From NCBI RefSeq assembly GCF_006345805.1, contig NC_043008.1, positions 44,888,001-44,952,000 of the forward strand: 64,000 nucleotides of DNA. The letters run 5' to 3'. A program made the position numbers and the translations under genes. This document shows positions 26,505 to 37,575 of the stretch, piece after piece. Within the stretch, counting starts at the first letter, position 1. Each line of letters opens with the position of its first letter. The DNA comes from Octopus sinensis (lineage: Eukaryota). A model generated the notes under the pieces. The model ran no database searches. It was given only the letters and a program-made list of their open reading frames with translations, and was not told the origin of the DNA.

Positions 26505-27010
26505 GACGACGACGACGATGACGACGACGACGACCACCACCAGCACCACCAGCACCAGCACCACCACGACCACCGCCACCACAACCACCACGACCACGAC
26601 CACCACCACAACCACCACAACCACCACCACAGCCACCACCACCACCACCAGCACCACCACCAGCATCACCACCAGCACCACCACCAGCACCACCACGACC
26701 ACGACCACCACCACCACCACGACCACCACGACCAGCACCACCAGCACCACCACCACCACAACCACGACGACGACGACGACGACCACCACCACCACAACCA
26801 CCACCAGCACCAGCACCACCACAACCACCACCACCACCACCACCAGCACCACCACAACCACCACAACCACAACCACCACCACCACAACCACCACAACCAC
26901 CACCAGCACCACCAGCACCACCACCACCATACCACCACCACCACCACCACCACCACGTACAACAACAACAACAACAACAACAGCGACAACAAAGATAACA
27001 ATAGCAATAA
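26505..27010. repeat. complex (ACC/ACG/AGC/ACA)n trinucleotide tract
   Basis: Direct read. It is the source of the poly-Thr and poly-Val ORFs. Confidence 0.9.
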
Positions 27011-27705
27011 CGGTAACTACATTATCAACAACAGGATTAGCCGTCATATCATAGGAAAGTCGCTTATTGCATGAACGCTTGGCCATTCACATCCGTCAGT
27101 CAAGCCCGTTATTCCTAAACCTAATCTCATTATCTTAAATACACACGCAAACACTATCTATTTCTCGGAAATTAGTTACCACAAAGCTTTCTGTTTGTAG
27201 TCACCCCCCCACCCACCAAATTAAAATATTTCTCTTCACTTTAATTTCTCTCAATTGCTTTACTTCAAATGAGCTACAATTCCAAGAACATCATAATTTT
27301 AATAAATCAGTCTTAAATTTCTTTCACGTTTCCTAAATCCAAACAATTTGAAAACCACGCAAAACGCAATTTTCCTTGCTTTGTAAAGGATTAAACAGTC
27401 ACTTCTGATACGAACAACGGTACGAACAACGAGAGATCTTACTGTACGAACAACGAGAGATCAAGTGTCCGAGTGAATCCGTTGTCTGGAAACTGGCCAA
27501 ATTGTTAATGGTTTGTAATCTGTAATGTAACCCGCTAATACTTTATGCTCGTAACCAAAACACTTAGATCACAAACGAGCATCTTCTGAATTGACATTAA
27601 GCTAGCCATGTCATTCAGAGATAAAGGTGTCCATTTGACAAGAGATTTGGTACTTAGCAGCGCCGAATTCAATTAACTCTAAAACAGTGGGAAAAGGTTG
27701 CGTGA

Positions 27706-27750
<45 letters not shown>

Positions 27751-27759
27751 CGGCAAGAA

Positions 27760-28158
27760 ACAAAAAGAAATCTTACTTTTTCTTACGGGTAATTTTTATA
27801 CTTATTTTCACTGTAAGTCCTAAAACTATAATGAAATTATTGTATACAGTGCTCAGGTACACCACAACTTGTCAAAAGTGCGTATAAGGCATATGCAGTA
27901 ATGTACAAATGTCTGGGAAGTGAACAGTGTATGAGTCAGATACATGCTTGCGTGTGTATGGAGGGGAGAAAATCAGGTGTAGTGTTGGCGAATCTCAGGA
28001 AGCATGGAAGTTTTGAAGGATGCAGTGCTCCGACAACTAACAACTGATGCCGGCAGTTTGTTCCATGCTTCAGCAACTCTCAGCGTGAAAAAATGTTTCC
28101 AAAAGTCATGGGAGCTGTGCTGTTTTCTGACTTTGTAAACATGTCCACGGGTGTTAGA
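27760..28158 (-). mobile_element. CR1/L2-clade LINE 3' end (copy 1)
   Basis: SNTRGHVYKVRKQHSSHDFWKHFFTLRVAEAWNKLPASVVSC..SFKTSM..YT*, with the stop at 27973-27975. Typical TRGH/WNxLP C-terminus. Confidence 0.8.
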
Positions 28159-28858
28159 AGATGCTCAGTGTTATTGTTTGTAAGATGGTTAATAATTTTA
28201 TGGGTTTATTGAAAAGTGCTGTAAAATATTCGCTTTGCTTTGGTTCTTGAGCGTGTGTAGTAAATTCATTTGAGATCGCCGCATTATTGTTGCGAAACGA
28301 ATGAAGAAATGGAGAAATATCGGCCCACTTATTTTGCATCCAGAGTTAGCTGAAGCAACATTTGCCCTGCGCTATCTAGAACATCATCATCATCATCATC
28401 TACCTCATCTGATGATGAAGGAAAGTTAGAATAAGAAAACAAAAGAGGCTTCTTCCGCGCTGTATAAACCTTGCCTTTGAGATTTCACTTCTGCCGTCGA
28501 TAACGGTTGTTTACGCTTCGGTGCATTGATGAAGTAGACGCTAGGGTATCAGGGTATCAACTGACGACCGCATTCATGTGAAACGTTTTTAACATCAGTG
28601 GATGATGGCCGCTGTTTAAGAGTTGATATTGGAAGCAAAAATATACGCCACATTTAAAACCATTTGTTTGTCTTCGATTAACACGCAGGAAGGATGAAGG
28701 AAAGAAACATTGATACAATGTATGGTTATGATTTTGGTAAGAAATTAAGATCCGTGGCACCTTGGGCAAGTGTCTTCTACTATAGCCTCGGGACGACCAA
28801 AGCCTTGTGAGTGGATTTGGTAGACGGAAACTGAAAGAAGCCCGTCATATATATTGTA

Positions 28859-28895
<37 letters not shown>

Positions 28896-28933
28896 GTGTG
28901 GTGTGTGTTTGTGTGTGTGGTGTGTGTGTGTGT

Positions 28934-28967
<34 letters not shown>

Positions 28968-28976
28968 CGGCAAGAA

Positions 28977-29374
28977 ACAAAAAGAAATCTTACTTTTTCT
29001 TACGGGTAATTTTTATACTTATTTTCACTGTAAGTCCTAAAACTATAATGAAATTATTGTATACAGTGCTCAGGTACACCACAACTTGTCAAAAGTGCGT
29101 ATAAGGCATATGCAGTAATGTACAAATGTCTGGGAAGTGAACAGTGTATGAGTCAGATACATGCTTGCGTGTGTATGGAGGGGAGAAAATCAGGTGTAGT
29201 GTTGGCGAATCTCAGGAAGCATGGAAGTTTTGAAGGATGCAGTGCTCCGACAACTAACACTGATGCCGGCAGTTTGTTCCATGCTTCAGCAACTCTCAGC
29301 GTGAAAAAATGTTTCCAAAAGTCATGGGAGCTGTGCTGTTTTCTGACTTTGTAAACATGTCCACGGGTGTTAGA
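28977..29374 (-). mobile_element. CR1/L2-clade LINE 3' end (copy 2, duplicated)
   Basis: Duplicate of 27760-28158, with the stop at 29190-29192. Confidence 0.8.
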
Positions 29375-29971
29375 AAGATGCTCAGTGTTATTGTTTGTAA
29401 GATGGTTAATAATTTTATGGGTTTATTGAAAAGTGCTGTAAAATATTCGCTTTGCTTTGGTTCTTGAGCGTGTGTAGTAAATTCATTTGAGATCGCCGCA
29501 TTATTGTTGCGAAACGAATGAAGAAATGGAGAAATATCGGCCCACTTATTTTGCATCCAGAGTTAGCTGAAGCAACATTTGCCCTTGCGCTATCTAGAAC
29601 ATCATCATCATCATCATCTACCTCATCTGATGATGAAGGAAAGTTAGAATAAGAAAACAAAAGAGGCTTCTTCCGCGCTGTATAAACCTTGCCTTTGAGA
29701 TTTCACTTCTGCCGTCGATAACGGTTGTTTACGCTTCGGTGCATTTGATGAAGTAGACGCTAGGGTATCAGGGTATCAACTGACGACCGCATTCATGTGA
29801 AACGTTTTTAACATCAGTGGATGATGGCCGCTGTTTAAGAGTTGATATTGGAAGCAAAAATATACGCCACATTTAAAAACCATTTGTTTGTCTTCGATTA
29901 ACACGCAGGAAGGATGAAGGAAAGAAACATTGATACAATGTATGGTTATGATTTTGGTAAGAAATTAAGAT

Positions 29972-30079
29972 CCGTGGCACCTTGGGCAAGTGTCTTCTAC
30001 TATAGCCTCGGGACGACCAAAGCCTTGTGAGTGGATTTGGTAGACGGAAACTGAAAGAAGCCCGTCATATATATATGTA

Positions 30080-30116
<37 letters not shown>

Positions 30117-30127
30117 GTGTGTGTGTG

Positions 30128-30166
<39 letters not shown>

Positions 30167-30420
30167 GGTGTGTGTATGTGTGTGTGTTTGTGTGTGCGTG
30201 CGTATGTGTGTGTGCATGTGTGTGTAAGTGTGTGTTTACGTTTGTGTGTCAGTGTTTGTCCCCCCAACATCGCTTGACAACCGATGCTGGTGTGTTTATG
30301 TCCCCGTAACTTAGCCGTTCGGCAAAAGAGACCGATAGAGTAAGTACTAGGCTTACAAAGAATAAGTCCTGGGGCCAAATGACTGAAACAAGTATAAGAG
30401 TAAAAGAGTAAAATATACAT
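29972..30420 (+). mobile_element. SINE family A, 5'-truncated
   Basis: CCGTGGCACCTTGGGCAAGTGTCTTC...microsatellite...TGACTGAAACAAGTATAAGAGTAAAAGAG. Its 5' half is also duplicated at about 28752-28860. Confidence 0.85.
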
Positions 30421-30463
30421 ACATATATAGCTACGTACGTACGTACGTATGTATGTATGTATG

Positions 30464-30497
<34 letters not shown>

Positions 30498-30590
30498 TGT
30501 ATGTATGTATGTATGTATATATAAACATACGTACGTACATATATATATATGTATATATATATATAATATATATATAATATATATTATATA

Positions 30591-30680
<90 letters not shown>

Positions 30681-30854
30681 ATAAATATTAGGGAATAAAT
30701 CCAAATTTACAGGGAAAAAATCAGATTTAGGATTAAATCCAATTTTATAGTAAAATATTATAAAATATTATTAGAGACAAAACCACTATTTTGCAAAACA
30801 AACAGGAAAGACTTAATCAATACATAAAATTTTAATAAATAGTCAAAAAAACCG

Positions 30855-30897
30855 CCACTACAATTGTTTCTTGTCTTGATCGACAATCTTCAGGTGG
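30855..30897 (-). ncRNA. intact minimal type I hammerhead ribozyme
   Basis: CCAC-CTGAAGA-TTGTC gatcaa GACAA-GAA-ACAATTGT-A-GTGG. Full consensus core, palindromic stem III, GUA cleavage site. Confidence 0.85.
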
Positions 30898-31785
30898 ACT
30901 TCCAATCTAAAATATCAATATTTTAAAATATAAAAATAATAATTTTAAAATAATAAAGTATTAATGAAAAAATATAAATATATAATCCATATATAACCTA
31001 TATATAATCCATATATAATCAATATATAAACAATATATAAACTAAAATAAACCTATCAACAATTAAATATAAAATATAAAATAAAATATAAAACAAAACA
31101 AAAAAATAATAATAATATAATAATAAACTATATATACAACCCATACACATATAACTAATTATATATAACCATATCTAACTACATACACTAAATCACACAC
31201 CTATATATATATCCTATACATACACATAAAACGTCTAGGCAACTATAAATAAATAAAATAGCTAAATACTTCAACACAATACTTATTCATACTCCCATAC
31301 ACACACATACAACCCACATTGTGTGTGGGAGTATGAATAAGTATTGTGTTGAAGTATTTAGCTATTTTATTTATTTATAGTTGCCTAGACGTTTTTATGT
31401 GTATGTATAGGGATATATATATAGGTGTGTGATTTAGTGTATGTAGTTAGATATGGTTATATATAATTAGTTATATGTGTATGGGTGTATATATAGTTTA
31501 TTATTATATTATTATTATTTTTTTGTTTTGTTTTATATTTTATATTTTATATTTTATATTTTATATTTTATATTTTATATTTTATATTTTATATTTTATA
31601 TTTTATATTTTATATTTAATTGTTGATAGGTTTATTTTAGTTTATATATTGTTTATATATTGATTATATATGGATTATATATAGGTTATATATGGATTAT
31701 ATATTTATATTTTTTCATTAATACTTTAATTATTTAAAAATTATTATTTTTATATTTTAAAATATTGATATTTTAGATTGGAAGT

Positions 31786-31828
31786 CCACCTGAAGATTGT
31801 CGATCAAGACAAGAAACAATTGTAGTGG
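31786..31828 (+). ncRNA. intact minimal type I hammerhead ribozyme
   Basis: Identical 43-nt sequence to 30855-30897, on the opposite strand. Confidence 0.85.
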
Positions 31829-31915
31829 CGGTTTTTTTGACTATTTATTAAAATTTTATGTATTGATTAAGTCTTTCCTTGTTTGTTTTGCAAAATAGTG
31901 GTTTTGTCTCTAATG

Positions 31916-31981
<66 letters not shown>

Positions 31982-33026
31982 GAGGAAGAACTGTCCTCAA
32001 GAACACAAAACATGTTGGATATATGTGATCCTTAGAGGAAACATTATGTAGATGCATTGGGGACAGCAGCTGCTGAACAACTGCCTTTTTGGGAAATGGT
32101 AGCTGACCTGGCTCCATGAGACATTGAGTGTGAGAAACAGGCACCAGCAGTGAAGACCACAGCAAACAACAAAAGCTACAGTATGGCCACCTCTGACACT
32201 TCTACGTTTGTCAGACCAGTGGTCACTACCGACACCCTGTATGTCACACCAGTATCCGTGCTGATTAGCAGGGTCCTTGTAACGTCCTGCCAACACAAAA
32301 CCCAATACCCGTGTCTGTAAATTCAAACCCAACCAGAGCTTTGCAGATTGAGCAGCCTACAAAACCCAGCGATCTACTTTAACTTGTAACCTGCTCGCTC
32401 GTTCCTGCTATTTGGTAAGCTTTATCTCAACACGTTCCTCTAGGTGTTCTTTCCAAGGCACCGCCAGTTCTTCCACGAACTGAATCTATCCTGTAACCCT
32501 CCAATTCAGTGTTATAATGTCTGCGACAAAGCTTGCCCTTTAATATTTGACAGCAGACCAGTTTCACAGTTTTCTTTATTTAATTTCACAGCCATACATC
32601 GGGCACAAGCAAGGTTTTAAGGAAGGTAATTCCCGACTGTGCTGTATAGCGATATCGAACTTGCAAAGCTGACAATGGAAAATTTAGCCACGCTGCACCG
32701 ATATTATGTACAAATAATGCACCGTCGTAATAGCGAAGTAATTTATCTCGCTTCGATCAACAGAACGTAAAACGTTGGTATAGTAACAGAAGTTATGAAT
32801 ATTATATCCAACTGTGTTATGTTTGACAATCAGACGTTTAAACAGAAGCTTGTTCACGGTATTAATTAATTATGAAATGTTATATGAATAAGAAAGGAAA
32901 AGATAACTGCATCATGCACCATTTTGTTCTGTCGCTCTTTAAGGGAAACAATGTGAATAATCGTGGTAAAATAAACGATCATATAAAGTTACACACATAC
33001 ACACGCACACACACGCACACATACAC

Positions 33027-33090
<64 letters not shown>

Positions 33091-33284
33091 TCATACGGGT
33101 AGTTTACCTTTGTAAATATTTACATTTTACGGTCCGGATGATGACTAAAATTACTCACAAAACAGTTCGCATCAGAAAACTAATATACACCTGAAACAAA
33201 AACAGAACCAGCGAAAGAGAGTAAATAGAAGAACGAAGCAATTTCACAGGCGATTTACTGTCTCAATATGTAAGAGTAAAACTG

Positions 33285-33510
33285 AGGCGAAGATCTGGCA
33301 GAAACGTTAGCACGCCGGGCGAAGTGCTTAGCAGTATTTCGTCTGTCTTAACGTTCTGAGTTCAAATTCCGCCGGAGTCGACTTTTCCTTTCATCCTTTC
33401 GGGGTCGATAAATTAATTACCAGTTACACACTGGTGTCAATGTAATCGACTTAATCCCTTTTTACATCCTTCTTTGTCTCACCTATGTTTAGCCCCATGT
33501 GGGCAATAAA
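33285..33510 (+). mobile_element. SINE family B
   Basis: CTGGCAGAAACGTTAGCACGCCGGGCG...CCTTTCATCCTTTCGGGGTCGATAAA...TTAGCCCCATGTGGGCAATAAAGA. Confidence 0.85.
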
Positions 33511-33752
33511 GAGATTAATATGTAAGACTAAAATTAAGGTGGCGAATGTGTGTGGTGGACTCAAGCGAAAGGATTAGAGACAAACACTTACCTTTCTGGC
33601 CAATCGCTCATCTACGTTTTCAAGTACCACTTGAAAAGGAAGGTGAGAATGGAGAAGCAGGTTTTGTCTCGCGAAAGTTTCAAAAAAGGGTGGGTGAATG
33701 TAACAAAGATGGTGCGTGCGAGTGACGAAACCATTTTGAGCATGATCCTGTA

Positions 33753-33792
<40 letters not shown>

Positions 33793-34059
33793 CACTTTGC
33801 TCTCATGTGTTTATTCCAACCCTGCTTGAGGTTACCGTAGGCTTTTCTTTCCACAGATAAACCTAATCTTACATTTTACATTTTAAAAATTCTTCTGTGA
33901 TACCCGATTGCTTTTGATCGTTTTTTCCCCTGATCCCTTTTGATCGGAATTTTACTGTTTCTTTTATTTTTCCTCTTTGTTTCATTTTCGAAAAGAAAAG
34001 CTCTACATTTGTATTTGGTCCCTCTGTGTTCAGCCTTGTGCGGCCAACAAAGAAAGTTA

Positions 34060-34069
34060 TCTGTATCTA

Positions 34070-34156
<87 letters not shown>

Positions 34157-34161
34157 GTATG

Positions 34162-34236
<75 letters not shown>

Positions 34237-34273
34237 GTCTATCTATCTGTCTATCTGTCTATCTGTCTATCTG

Positions 34274-34356
<83 letters not shown>

Positions 34357-34380
34357 GTCTGTCTGTCTATCTGCCTGTGG
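34060..34380. repeat. (CTGT)n/(CTAT)n microsatellite
   Basis: Direct read. Confidence 0.95.
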
Positions 34381-35332
34381 GTCCGTCTGTCTGCGCAATG
34401 TTTATAGAGTCTTTTATATAAAATCTACAAGTATAATAATTGTAATTGTCACCGAAACGCTTATAAAAATGATATTAATCAATAATTTAACCACGTTCTA
34501 CCACCTTGTACTTTTTATACACACACATACACATACACAGATGCATAGGCATACATTCACACTGACACACACACATACACACACAAATATTAAAGACTGC
34601 AGTGATTAGCAAAGTATGGCTACATACAACAATTCACACACACATACACACAGATACATACAGTTTATCGTTCACTCTTTCTCTACACATACACTTGTAT
34701 GTGTGTGTATATGCATATATATATATATATACGCATATATTGGGTGTCAGGCCAAGGAACAGGTCATTAGTGTCAAAATACTTTTTAACATTCAAGCTTC
34801 ACGCAAATTCTTCCCCACATAACATACAAACGAGATTTATCACCTTCATCAATAACGCCATATTGTATCCTCCCCGTTGTTCACTCCATCAAACTGGAAA
34901 ATGTCGTTCATTTCCTATTTACGATAATTTAATTTCTTTGTTATTAACACTTGTTACCATTGTGACAAAGTTCAGAAAATAATAAACTGGGAAAATAAAT
35001 GAACGTTATGAATTTTCTATATCGTGTTCGCCTGATCAAGCAGGCAATAAAGTTGCTATTTTATTAATTAACTGAAATTAATTTACGGGTTGAAATGTAA
35101 AGTGCTGTGTCATAAGATTTCATTGATAAACACTTAGCTTTTCAGACTAATATGTCAACTTATAAGTTATTTGTGAAATTTAAGAAACGTTTTATAGCGT
35201 GATATTGCAGGGGGATATTTTTTCTTGCGAACTGCATCATGTATTACCAAAAGCCTCATGAGGTGTCGCTGGTAATGTAGGTTCGCATCGTTGTTCTAAT
35301 TTATGAATTAAAATTAGTGCGTAACCAGGTGA

Positions 35333-35382
<50 letters not shown>

Positions 35383-35734
35383 TGCACACACACACGTACA
35401 CACACACACGTACACACACACAAACATGCACACACACATGTACACACACACAAATATACACACACATCCAGATCATATTATGTCTTGATAACTAAATTAA
35501 CGTCTGACGAAGTGATTTAGTTATTTTGCTTTCTAATGTAGTTTATTAATAAAGCACATTCATGGAAACGTTCGTTACATAATTGACTAGTTCACTTAAT
35601 ATTCAATATACATACATATATATATTTCATATATATATATATACATTATAAGAGGTAAAGGTGTCAGTAAAACCTAAAGGCGTGAGGTAATGCTGAGTAA
35701 GTGCTTAACTATTGCTTAATCATTTTCTCATACC

Positions 35735-35782
35735 GTCTCCGATGAAGGAATATAATAAATATCCTGGAAGCAGCTGTAAGAC
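35735..35782 (+). ncRNA. degenerate minimal hammerhead (PLE pLTR, about 35650-35830)
   Basis: GTCT-CCGATGA-AGGA(A)TA..TATCCT-G-GAAG-CAGCTG-T-A-AGAC. Stems I-III are recognisable and two core positions are mutated. Confidence 0.6.
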
Positions 35783-35842
35783 CTTCTATTTATAAATGTT
35801 CTAAAATCTACACACCCTTGATTTTTTATCTCTTCTGAATAT

Positions 35843-35873
<31 letters not shown>

Positions 35874-35901
35874 GTATAATTTGGAACAAACAGTAAGTTA
35901 T

Positions 35902-36031
35902 CATTATAGTACTCGGAGTTTCGAATGTCGGAGCGAAGATCATTCTTGCTGGCTATTAATGGCCATTAATAGCCGACGAGAATGCATCGTAGCTCTTCGC
36001 TCCGACATTCGAAACTCCGAATGCTATAATG
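35902..36031. repeat. 130-bp near-perfect loopless palindrome (MITE-like hairpin)
   Basis: CATTATAG..TCGGAGTTTCGAATGTCGGAGCGAAGA and its reverse complement at the ends. Inner arms centre on ATTAATGG|CCATTAAT at 35962/35963. Confidence 0.85.
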
Positions 36032-36035
36032 TCTC

Positions 36036-36066
<31 letters not shown>

Positions 36067-36169
36067 TGTATGTATGTATATGTATATATACTTGTTATGA
36101 ATTCTGGTTGTCGAGATAGAAGGTCTAATTTGCATGTTTAACAAACTTCGAGACGAAACAATGGGTAAG

Positions 36170-36862
36170 GTCAAAGAAAAGGAAAAGAATAAAATAAAAG
36201 GAGGAAAGGGTGGAGGAGGACAAGAAGAGGAAGAGGTAGAAGAATGAGGAGGAGGACGCGGAAGAGGAAGAGAGGTGGAGGAGGAGAAGAAGAAGAAGAG
36301 GAGATAGAGGAGGAATATGGCGAGGAGGAGGAAGAGAAGAAGAAGAAGAGGAGATAGAGGAGGAATATGGCGAGGAGGAGGAAGAGAAGAAGAAGAAGAG
36401 GAGATAGAGGAGGAATATGGCGAGGAGGAGGAAGAGAAGAAGAAGAAGGAGGAAAAGAGAAGGAGGAGGAAGGAAAAGAAGGAGGAGGAGGATGAGAAGA
36501 AGGAAGGCAGGAAGAGGAGTGGTGGAGAGGATAAGAAGAAGAATGCGATGGAGAAGTAGGAGTAGGAGGAGGTGGAGGAGGAGAAGAAGGAGGGGAAGAA
36601 GAAGGAGGAAAAGAGAAGGAGGAGGAAGGAAAAGAAGGAGGAGGAGGAAAGGAGGAGGAGGAAAGGAGGAGGAGGAAAGGAGGAGGAGGAAAGGAGGAGG
36701 AGGAAAGGAGGAGGAGGAAAGGAGGAGGAGGAAAGGAGGAGGAGGAAAGGAGGAGGAGGACAGGAAGAGGCGTGGTGGAGAGAATGAAGAAAAATGGGAA
36801 GATGGAGAAGTAGGAGTAGGAGGAGGTGGAGGAGGAGAAGAAGGGGAAGAAGGTGAAGAAGG
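36170..36862. repeat. polypurine (GGA/GAA) tract with higher-order repeats
   Basis: Almost pure A/G on the plus strand. A ~54-nt unit occurs three times at about 36290-36450 and GGAGGAGGAGGAAA repeats at about 36640-36750. Confidence 0.9.
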
Positions 36863-36878
36863 ATAATAATAATAATAG

Positions 36879-36910
<32 letters not shown>

Positions 36911-37025
36911 ACAACAACAATAATAATAATAATAATAATAATATATAATAATAATATATAATAATAATAATAATAATAATCATAACAACAACAACAATAA
37001 TAATAATAATAATATAATAATAATC

Positions 37026-37067
<42 letters not shown>

Positions 37068-37341
37068 TAATAATAATAATAATAATAATATAATAATAAT
37101 AATATCATAATAATAATAATAATAATAATAATAATATCATAATAATAATAATATAATCATAACACAACAACAATAATCATAACAATAACAACAATAATAA
37201 TGATGATAATAATAATAATAATAATAATATAATAATAATAATAATAATAATAATATAATAATAATAATAATAATAAGAATAATGATGATGATGACGACGA
37301 TGATAATAATAATAATATAATAATAATAATAATAATAATAA

Positions 37342-37374
<33 letters not shown>

Positions 37375-37575
37375 CATAATAATAATAATAATAATAATAA
37401 ATAATAATAAAATAATAATAATAATATAATAATAATAAATAATAATAATAATAAAATCATAATAATAATATAATAATAATATAATAATAATAATCATAAC
37501 AACAACAACAATAATCATAACAACACACAATAATAATAATGATGATAATAATAATAATAATAATAATAATAATAT
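36863..37575. repeat. (AAT)n microsatellite, about 700 bp
   Basis: Direct read. Confidence 0.95.

Larger units (their letters stand above)
27748..30070. repeat. tandem segmental duplication, unit about 1217 bp, two copies
   Basis: 27748-28850 and 28965-30070 are near-identical. Each copy starts immediately after a (GT)n tract. Confidence 0.95.
30675..31925. mobile_element. Penelope-like inverted pLTR palindrome inserted in (TA)n
   Basis: Arms 30759-31297 and 31326-31925 are reverse complements around a 28-nt spacer. The left arm has an extra ~85-bp tail. (TA)n lies on both flanks and each arm carries a hammerhead. Confidence 0.85.

Noticed and set aside
27409-27462. Short direct repeats GTACGAACAACGAGAGATC (CRISPR-like spacing considered)
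   Set aside because: Only two full copies with a 5-nt spacer in eukaryotic DNA. This is a local slippage duplication.
31975-32480. GC-richer stretch that might be a retroelement ORF1
   Set aside because: Multiple stops and no identifiable zinc knuckle or other domain.
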